Virus record (IMG/VR): IMGVR_UViG_3300043772_000816
Span: 1 to 39,137 of that record
From: a virus
Lineage: Duplodnaviria > Caudoviricetes
Length of the DNA: 39,137 nt
Direction: 5' to 3' (one strand)
Shown: positions 1-6,308 of the stretch, one piece after another
How the letters are laid out: every line of letters begins with the position of its first letter
Numbering within the stretch: position 1 is the first letter of the stretch
The notes under the pieces: model-generated
Told to the model about the DNA's origin: nothing
What the model saw: the letters and a program-made list of their open reading frames with translations, nothing else
Databases searched by the model: none
Position numbers and translations under genes: made by a program

Positions 1-57
1 GGTCGGAAACGCCTGCGGAGAAAAAACGCGAGTCGTGAAAACCGGCAACTTTACAGA

Positions 58-564
58 ATGAAACTAGAGACCATCTCGATTCAGTCGCTATCGCAAGACC
101 CGGCGAACCTCCGGAAACATTCGGAGCGGAACCTCGACGCGATTGCGGCGTCGCTTCGGAAGTTCGGTCAGCAGAAGCCGCTGGTCGTCGACCGCAACAA
201 CGTCGTGCTCGCGGGTAACGGGACGCTTGCCGCCGCGAAGGCGATTGGGTGGACGGAGATTGAAATTGTTCGGAGCGACCTGACTGGCGTTGGCGCTACG
301 GCGTTTGGGATCGCCGATAACCGAACCGCTGAGCTTGCCGAGTGGGACGAGAAGCTTGGCGAAGTCCTCGCGTCCTTAAAGGAGGAATCGTTTGACCTCG
401 CCGATATCGGATTCAACGAGGACGATCTTGCGCGGCTTACGCAAAGCGTCGCAGGCGAGGAGGAGGTCGCGCCTCCGGAAGACTTCCAAGAGGTCGACGA
501 GAACATCGAGACGGAACACGAATGCCCGAAGTGCGGTTACAAATGGAGCGGTAAACCGTCGTGA
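58..564 (+). CDS. ParB/Srx-like N-terminal domain protein with acidic linker and C-terminal CxxC knuckle
   Basis: DPANLRKH...SLRKFGQQKPLVVD...LAGNGTLAAAK...ADNRTAELAEWD is the ParB-like domain common beside phage DNA methylases; ends HECPKCGYKW; overlaps the next gene (GTGA). Confidence 0.85.
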   Translation: MKLETISIQSLSQDPANLRKHSERNLDAIAASLRKFGQQKPLVVDRNNVVLAGNGTLAAAKAIGWTEIEIVRSDLTGVGATAFGIADNRTAELAEWDEKLGEVLASLKEESFDLADIGFNEDDLARLTQSVAGEEEVAPPEDFQEVDENIETEHECPKCGYKWSGKPS

Positions 565-1622
565 CAAAGCCGCCGTATCGCGTACCAAGTATGGAGGAGG
601 TACGCGCCCTCCCTTGGAACGGCTTTACTTGCGCGAGTACCTTCTCGGGATGCGGAGGAAGTTCGACCGGCTACCGGATGGCCGGGTTTAAGGTAGTCTG
701 GGCGTCGGAGTTTATCGATGCGGCGCGCGAGTGTTACCGGACAAACGCAGCGGCTCATACGGTTGTAGACGGGAGGGATATCCGAAGCGTAACGGCGGCT
801 GACATCCTACGAGATACCGGACTGAAGGTTGGCGATCTCGACCTGTTCGATGGATCGCCTCCGTGCGCCTCGTTCTCTACAGCTGGTAAACGGGAGGCGG
901 GTTGGGGCAAGGTTAAGAAATACTCCGACAAATCGCAGAGAACTGACGACCTCTTCTTCGAGTTTTCGAGGCTCCTGCGCGATCTACAGCCGAAGGTTTT
1001 CGTCGCCGAGAATGTCAGCGGGTTAGTTAAGGGAACCGCAAAGGGTTACTTCCTCGATATCCTTAAGGAGTTAAAGTCGTGCGGCTATCGAGTATCGTGT
1101 CGGGTACTCGACGCGCAATGGCTCGGAGTCCCGCAGGGAAGGCAACGAACAATCTTCGTCGGAACGAGGAACGATTTGCGGATCGATCCCGTACACCCGA
1201 AGCCTTTGCCGTATCGGTTCACGATTCGTAACGCGATCTTCGACGCTCCCTTGAAGAATCGTATCGAGCCCGAATCGAGTATGGAACGACACGCGACCGG
1301 GCGTGAGTGGGATCGGATGGGAGGACCGGGAACGCAATCCGACAAATACTTTCAGCTTGTTCGTCCGAGCCTCGACGAACCGTGCCCGACCGTTACCGCT
1401 GCGGGAGGTAACGCCGGACTCGCGAGCGTTTGTCATCCTCTTGAGAAGCGTAAGTTTTCTATCGCAGAACTAAAGCGGCTTTGCGGATTTCCAGACGACT
1501 TTATTTTGACCGGAACTTACGCTCAGCAATGGGAGCGATGCGGACGAGCCGTGCCTCCGGTAATGATGAGTCATATTGCTGGCGCCGTTCGCGACGAGAT
1601 TCTGAGGAAACTTGGAAAATGA
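561..1622 (+). CDS. DNA cytosine-C5 transferase (C5-MTase fold), predicted carboxymethyltransferase
   Basis: Motif I FSGCGG, catalytic GSPPC (C102), ENV (E150), motif VIII QGRQRTIFVG, motif IX RKFSIAELKRLCGFPDDF; motif X reads GRAVPP (R329) instead of GNAVPP. Confidence 0.92.
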   Translation: MTKPPYRVPSMEEVRALPWNGFTCASTFSGCGGSSTGYRMAGFKVVWASEFIDAARECYRTNAAAHTVVDGRDIRSVTAADILRDTGLKVGDLDLFDGSPPCASFSTAGKREAGWGKVKKYSDKSQRTDDLFFEFSRLLRDLQPKVFVAENVSGLVKGTAKGYFLDILKELKSCGYRVSCRVLDAQWLGVPQGRQRTIFVGTRNDLRIDPVHPKPLPYRFTIRNAIFDAPLKNRIEPESSMERHATGREWDRMGGPGTQSDKYFQLVRPSLDEPCPTVTAAGGNAGLASVCHPLEKRKFSIAELKRLCGFPDDFILTGTYAQQWERCGRAVPPVMMSHIAGAVRDEILRKLGK

Positions 1623-2401
1623 ACAAGCCGGATGTTCGCTCGGTACTCCTGCGGTGGGCGCAAGCGATACCGGAACAAAAGGTTGCCGTGCTCCTTAGCT
1701 CGGGAATTGATTCCGCGTCGGTAATGTTCGCGCTGCTAGAGAGCGGAAAGACGGTTACCGCCTACAGCTTTATGCTCGACGGAAAGCTGTCGACCGACTT
1801 CTCCCTCGCTCGGAGAAACGCGGCGCGGTTCAAGTGCGACTTCGTTCCGGTATTTCTGCCGACGGATTTAGATCAACTGGTCGCGGATTTGCGGAAACTG
1901 AAGAAGCTCGGAGCTAGGAAGAAGACCGACTTTGAGTGCGGCTGGCCTATGCTCTACGCCTATCGGGCGACTCGGGAGAAGGTGGTCGCTTCCGGTATGG
2001 GCGCCGACGGTCACTTCTGCATTTCTAAAAAGGGAATGATTCACTTCCGCGAGCGCATCGACGTCTTCCGGCGAGGACTTTATCAGTCGCCGACCTACGC
2101 TCAAAAGCCGATCCATAACGCGCTCGCAGCGGAGTTAGGAAAGACGGCGGCTATGCCTTTCCTAGAACGAGCGATGCAGGAAGAGTTCCTCGGGACAACG
2201 TGGAACGAGGTAAACCGACCGAGGCAAAAGCAACCTATCCTGCGCGCGTTCCCGCAGCAATTTGAGGCGATTCGGATTTTGCCGCATACGAATTTGCAGT
2301 TAGGCGATAGCGGAATTGCGGAGCACTTTAACGGGCTACTGAAGTCGAAATTAAACACCGGCGCGTTTAATTCTGTGATCTCGATTTACAACCGTCTCTG
2401 A
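1619..2401 (+). CDS. Asparagine-synthetase-like (PP-loop) ATP-dependent amide ligase without a glutaminase domain
   Basis: ATG 1619 overlaps the MTase stop (ATGA); VAVLLSSGIDS PP-loop, VASGMGADG (cf. SGEGADE), MPFL; 260 aa with no N-terminal Ntn domain. Confidence 0.8.
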   Translation: MNKPDVRSVLLRWAQAIPEQKVAVLLSSGIDSASVMFALLESGKTVTAYSFMLDGKLSTDFSLARRNAARFKCDFVPVFLPTDLDQLVADLRKLKKLGARKKTDFECGWPMLYAYRATREKVVASGMGADGHFCISKKGMIHFRERIDVFRRGLYQSPTYAQKPIHNALAAELGKTAAMPFLERAMQEEFLGTTWNEVNRPRQKQPILRAFPQQFEAIRILPHTNLQLGDSGIAEHFNGLLKSKLNTGAFNSVISIYNRL

Positions 2402-2402
2402 A

Positions 2403-3068
2403 ATGAAAATCCCGAATGATTGGACCTTTAATAGCGCCGAGATTGCGGACGCTTTCGACCATCACGTTCGAGAACAACTCCCGTGGTATGACCTAACGAC
2501 TAACCTTGTCGCGCATATTGCGCGGCATTACATTCCCGAGGGAGGACGAGTCTACGATATCGGAGCGTCGACCGGAAACATTGGGCGCTCGATCTCCGAC
2601 ACGCTAGAAAAGCGCAAGGCGGAGTTTATCGCAATCGAATCCTCGAAAGAGATGTGCGAGAAGTACGCCGGACCTCCGCGCGTCGTTTGCGAGGACGCCT
2701 GCAGTTTCGAGTACAAGAGTTTCGATCTCGCGATCTGCTTTTTGGTTTTGATGTTTATGACTCCGAACCAGCGGGCGGAACTAATCCAAAAGCTGCAGCG
2801 GATGTGTAGGCTTGGAGGCGCAATCGTGATCTTCGATAAGCTACAGCCGGTCTCTGGATATCCGGCGACCGTTCTCTCGCGTCTTACTATCGCCGGGAAG
2901 GTAGCCTCGGGAGCCGAGCCGAAAGATATCATCGCGAAGGAACTCTCGCTTGCGGGCGCGCAGCGCCCTCTCGCGCCCTCCGAAATACCTCTCGGCTCAA
3001 TCGAGGTGTTCCGTTTCGGAGAGTTCGCAGGCTATCTTTGGCAGCAGAAATATCCGACCGCTGGTTAA
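2403..3068 (+). CDS. cmoA: CmoA-like carboxy-S-adenosylmethionine synthase / class I SAM enzyme
   Basis: [24 protein letters not shown] resembles CmoA [33 protein letters not shown] SAM motif; LVLMFM...R; [17 protein letters not shown]. Confidence 0.8.
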   Translation: [221 protein letters not shown]

Positions 3069-3069
3069 T

Positions 3070-3738
3070 ATGACCGACGACTCGCCGAGTCATTCCGATA
3101 TTCTCGCGAAGGCTAACATCGCGAACATAACCAAGAAGCTCAAAGCGGGTCGGACGCTAACGACCGCCGAGCGCAAAGCGCTTTCCGATTTTGAGTCACA
3201 GCAGACCGGGAACTGGGCTAAGGACTTATCGGCGCTTGCTCGCGAACTCGGTCTGTCTCGTCAGGCTATCTACGATGCGAGAGCGCGTTTCCCGAACGAA
3301 GCTCCGAAGAAACACCCTGACGGAAAGCGGGAGAACATAGAGGCGTGGAGGCAGTTTTGTTCGCAGCGATTAGTCGGCAAGGACGTCGCAACTCAAACGC
3401 TCGCCGATCTAAAGGCGCAGCTAATGCAGCGCGAAATTAAGCTGCGCGATATGCGAATTGCGCGAGAGTCAGGAGAGATGATAGACTCGGAGATCGTCGA
3501 CGAAATGCTCGGCACGCTAGCGCAAAAGCTCGATCTGCTTCTTCGTTTGAAGCTAGAGGTCGAGCTCGGTCCGCGAGTCGCGGGCAAGACAGCGGCGGAG
3601 GCGAACCTCGAAGGACGCACGATCCTCGACGAAATTCGGGACGTCGTAAACGCCAACATTGCTACGTTCCAAAACGAGGCGATCCGGCAGACGATACGTC
3701 AGGACGATGACGAGAGCGGAACAGACCGGGTCACGTAA
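3070..3738 (+). CDS. terS: Terminase small subunit (Nu1-like, HTH plus coiled coil)
   Basis: ATG 3070; HTH LSALARELGLSRQAIYDAR, then coiled coil LKAQLMQREIKLRDMRIARESGEMID typical of Nu1-like proteins; lies upstream of a GpA terminase. Confidence 0.7.
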   Translation: MTDDSPSHSDILAKANIANITKKLKAGRTLTTAERKALSDFESQQTGNWAKDLSALARELGLSRQAIYDARARFPNEAPKKHPDGKRENIEAWRQFCSQRLVGKDVATQTLADLKAQLMQREIKLRDMRIARESGEMIDSEIVDEMLGTLAQKLDLLLRLKLEVELGPRVAGKTAAEANLEGRTILDEIRDVVNANIATFQNEAIRQTIRQDDDESGTDRVT

Positions 3739-4087
3739 CCTCGACTTCTCGGGATGGGTCAGGCGGCGGCTTACTAGCGCACGCGGCTTTACGGTCTTCG
3801 ACGTCGACTTTATCTTTCGCGACTACGAGCGCAAGCTGCTGCAGATGGTCGAGGTAAAGACGCACGGCGCCGACCTATCGACGATGCAGCGCATCGCTCT
3901 CGCCGAGGTGGCGGCTATCCTGAGAAGCGGAATCGAGAACGGAGCGCCGAACCTAGGTTGGGAATGGCGCGGATTTCATACCGTTCGCCTCGAAGGAACC
4001 GCTCCCGATAACGGGAGGATTCTGTGGGACGGCGTCGAGATTACCGAGGAGAAATTAGTTAGCCTGCTGGAGATGCGGGAACTTTAA
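3707..4087 (+). CDS. Small PD-(D/E)xK-fold protein (putative nuclease)
   Basis: FDVDFIF...LQMVEVKT...LSTMQ, a D...ExK pattern followed by an S..Q helix. Confidence 0.55.
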   Translation: MTRAEQTGSRNLDFSGWVRRRLTSARGFTVFDVDFIFRDYERKLLQMVEVKTHGADLSTMQRIALAEVAAILRSGIENGAPNLGWEWRGFHTVRLEGTAPDNGRILWDGVEITEEKLVSLLEMREL

Positions 4088-4092
4088 TGTGT

Positions 4093-4107
4093 CGTAAGTA
4101 GCTGGGA
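4093..4107. promoter_or_regulatory. Repeated upstream motif CGTAAGTAGCTGGGA (copy 1)
   Basis: 13/15 identical to 31441-31455; both lie 90-97 nt before the first gene of an early-type cassette. Confidence 0.45.
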
Positions 4108-4159
4108 GGTAGCAGGAAGCGAATCGCAGGAGACCAAAGCCTGTATTCATATGGCTTAT

Positions 4160-4173
4160 CCGGAGCGGTTAGG
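4160..4173. promoter_or_regulatory. 14-bp quasi-palindromic operator-like site CCGGAGCGGTTAGG
   Basis: Similar to 4650-4663 and 38278-38291; sits between TGGCTT (4152) and TTTGGT (4175), which are 17 nt apart. Confidence 0.45.
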
Positions 4174-4189
4174 TTTTGGTGATCGCACG

Positions 4190-4339
4190 ATGACAAACAT
4201 CCTCCCTCCCGCCCTCCGAAGCAAGAAGCGGTCCGACTTCAACCTCGTCACGCACGGCGCGATGAGCCGCGAAGAGTATCTCCTCAAGTGGTACCGCGTC
4301 GAGGAGTCCCTCCGGAAGCAGACCTCCAAGAAGCTTTAA
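4190..4339 (+). CDS. Hypothetical protein (49 aa)
   Basis: ATG 4190 just after a putative promoter; C-ending codon usage like neighbouring genes. Confidence 0.5.
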   Translation: MTNILPPALRSKKRSDFNLVTHGAMSREEYLLKWYRVEESLRKQTSKKL

Positions 4340-4362
4340 CCTTAGCCAACCCAATCACGACA

Positions 4363-4620
4363 ATGTTCTTCGCCATCAAGACCAAGCTCATTCCCGCTAC
4401 CGATACCCGAGGCACGGCGCTTAAAGCCGCCGTCGTTGGAGAAGCCGGTCAATGCGGACGTCCCGCCACGATCTCCTACAATTACGAACTCTCGACGAAG
4501 GAAAATCATTCAGCCGCGCTCGCCGCCCTTCGGGCTATGTACCAGATGCCGCTGACCAGCGAGTTGGTCGGCTCTACCGCCTGCGGACGCGGCGAGATGA
4601 TTCACCTCTTCAAGCGCTAA
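4363..4620 (+). CDS. Hypothetical early phage protein
   Basis: A/C-rich leader then MFFAIKTKLIPATDTRGTALKA, resembling a recurrent phage family (I.TK..P.T.TRG.R.KA). Confidence 0.65.
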   Translation: MFFAIKTKLIPATDTRGTALKAAVVGEAGQCGRPATISYNYELSTKENHSAALAALRAMYQMPLTSELVGSTACGRGEMIHLFKR

Positions 4621-4649
4621 CAAGATTCCGCAAAATACATCTCGACACT

Positions 4650-4663
4650 CCGAACCGCTTCGG
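4650..4663. promoter_or_regulatory. 14-bp palindromic operator-like site CCGAACCGCTTCGG
   Basis: Near-perfect inverted repeat starting 2 nt after a -35-like TCGACA (4642-4647), the same spacing as the 4160 copy. Confidence 0.5.
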
Positions 4664-4713
4664 TTCTCCTCTCATAAGTTCAGTACGACAACGCAACCAA
4701 AACCCAACCGACA

Positions 4714-4980
4714 ATGACCACCAAGATCATCCAGACCCTAGCTGACTCCCGCGACGAGAAACGCGCCGCCGACGCGCGAGCCGAATACAACGACGCCCTC
4801 CGCGCCCGCATCGAGCGCGACCGGCAGGAATACATTCAAGCTCGTCTCCGCGAGTACCCGCAGATCGGAGTGCTGAACAGCGGCAAGTTCTACGCCTACG
4901 TCGGAGGCTACTCCCAGACCAACTACGTCGAGGGCTACTTCCTGACCAAGATCATCGATGCCATTAACTCTGCCAAGTAA
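4714..4980 (+). CDS. Hypothetical protein (88 aa)
   Basis: ORF with A/C-rich leader and strong coding-like codon bias. Confidence 0.7.
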   Translation: MTTKIIQTLADSRDEKRAADARAEYNDALRARIERDRQEYIQARLREYPQIGVLNSGKFYAYVGGYSQTNYVEGYFLTKIIDAINSAK

Positions 4981-4998
4981 TCCAAAACCAATACGACA

Positions 4999-6075
4999 AT
5001 GACCACGAACCTAATGCAAGCCTCCGCCCAATGGGCGTCCCGTCCCGCCGACCAGCGCTTTAAGACGCTGGCCGATCTCCGAACCTCGGTGCACAACCGC
5101 CGGATGGTCTCGCGCTCCGTCGACCTCCCGCTGACCCGCATCCGCGCCGAGGAGCGCAACGGCAGCATCATCCTTAACAGCGGCATCGCCGCCTGCGAGC
5201 CGAGCCACTGGAGCTTCGGTCAGTTCTCTTCGCTGATCGGCGCGCCCGCAAATTACCTCCGCAAGCTGCCGACCGATCTTGCCGTCAGCTGCATTAACAG
5301 CGGGATCGACCGCGCCTCGCGCGAGGAGGTCAAGTTTATGACTATCGCCGATCAAAGCGGCGAGCGCGCGAATACCCTGCAGGCGGTAACGAGCCCGACC
5401 TATGGCCGAATCTGGGACGCCGATTGCGTCGACGCCGTCGGGCGGATCGTCGAGCGGACTAACGGGAAGTTCTACAACCCGCTTGCCTATGACCGTCACA
5501 CCGGAGCGCCGGTCCCGTCCGGTCTCTACGCGAGCGACCGCGATGTGTTTATGTTTATGATCGACGGCGGCTCCCGGCTCGAAGTCGGACGGCGCGCCAA
5601 GCTCAATCGCGGGTTCTTCGTCTGGAACAGCGAAGTCGGCTCGAAGACCTTCGGGCTAATGACGTTCCTCTTCAACGAGGTCTGCGGCAATCATATCGTC
5701 TGGGGCGCGCAGAATATTAACAAGCTCGTCATCCGTCACTCCAAGTTCGGTCCGGCGCGCTTCGACTCCGACGCTGCGCCGATGCTGCAGCAGTACGCTG
5801 AGGCGTCTATCGCGAACGACGAGGCGACTATCAAGCGCGCGAACGAGAAGCTGCTCCCGAGCGGAGACGAACTCGACACGCTACTGGCTCCGTTCAAGTT
5901 CACGAAGGCAGAGACTCGCGAAGCGATCTCCTGCGCGATCAAGGAAGAGGGAGAGTGCCGCACGCTCTGGGATTTGGTGCAGGGCTACACCGCCTATGCT
6001 CGGGACTTCGACTTCGTCGACGCGCGAATCGATTTAGAGAAGCGCGCCGGTCAGCTGCTGAATCTGGTCGCTTAA
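4999..6075 (+). CDS. DUF932-family protein
   Basis: ASAQWASRPADQRFKTL, YGRIWDAD, LYASDRDVFMF, RGFFVWNSEVG, VCGNHIVWG, IRHSK, RIDLEKRAGQLL are typical DUF932 motifs. Confidence 0.85.
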   Translation: MTTNLMQASAQWASRPADQRFKTLADLRTSVHNRRMVSRSVDLPLTRIRAEERNGSIILNSGIAACEPSHWSFGQFSSLIGAPANYLRKLPTDLAVSCINSGIDRASREEVKFMTIADQSGERANTLQAVTSPTYGRIWDADCVDAVGRIVERTNGKFYNPLAYDRHTGAPVPSGLYASDRDVFMFMIDGGSRLEVGRRAKLNRGFFVWNSEVGSKTFGLMTFLFNEVCGNHIVWGAQNINKLVIRHSKFGPARFDSDAAPMLQQYAEASIANDEATIKRANEKLLPSGDELDTLLAPFKFTKAETREAISCAIKEEGECRTLWDLVQGYTAYARDFDFVDARIDLEKRAGQLLNLVA

Positions 6076-6120
6076 GGGTTAATCGAGCCCTCCTTCTGGG
6101 AGGGCTTTATTTAGCCCTTA
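6073..6120 (+). other. Long internal-loop RNA hairpin (copy 1)
   Basis: TAAGGGTTAA/TTAGCCCTTA outer stem and AGCCCTCC/GGAGGGCT inner stem; spans from the DUF932 stop codon to the A of the next ATG. Confidence 0.7.
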
Positions 6121-6308
6121 TGCATCCCGAACCTACCATACAGGCATCGCCTGTCTCCGAGCTACCGCCGGTCAATCTCTCGCAGTACGCGCGTCTGCTC
6201 GGGCGCCGAGGCGGCGCGGTTAAGTCCGAACGGAAGACGCTCGCCGCGAGGAAAAACGGAGCGCTCGGAGGACGCCCGAAGAAGGAACCGAAGCCCGCGA
6301 ATGAGTGA
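6120..6308 (+). CDS. Small basic KGG/AT-hook-like protein (62 aa)
   Basis: LGRRGGAVKSERKTLAARKNGALGGRPKK; ATG 6120; overlaps the terL start. Confidence 0.65.
   Translation: MHPEPTIQASPVSELPPVNLSQYARLLGRRGGAVKSERKTLAARKNGALGGRPKKEPKPANE

Noticed and set aside
1481-1618. Upstream extensions given by the ORF track (1481, 2950, 5955, 22515, 34479, 37388)
   Set aside because: They overlap established genes extensively; downstream ATGs coupled to the preceding stop codons are more plausible starts.
1619-2401. QueC and a 7-deazaguanine DNA modification pathway
   Set aside because: A PP-loop is present, but there is no QueC C-terminal zinc Cys cluster and no FolE, QueD, QueE or DpdA gene; SGMGADG and PFL fit the AsnB synthetase domain better.
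561-4087. Classical type II restriction-modification pair (MTase plus the nuclease at 3707-4087)
   Set aside because: The nuclease-like ORF is only 126 aa, is separated from the MTase by three genes and overlaps terS, which fits a packaging-associated or free-standing nuclease better. Not fully excluded.
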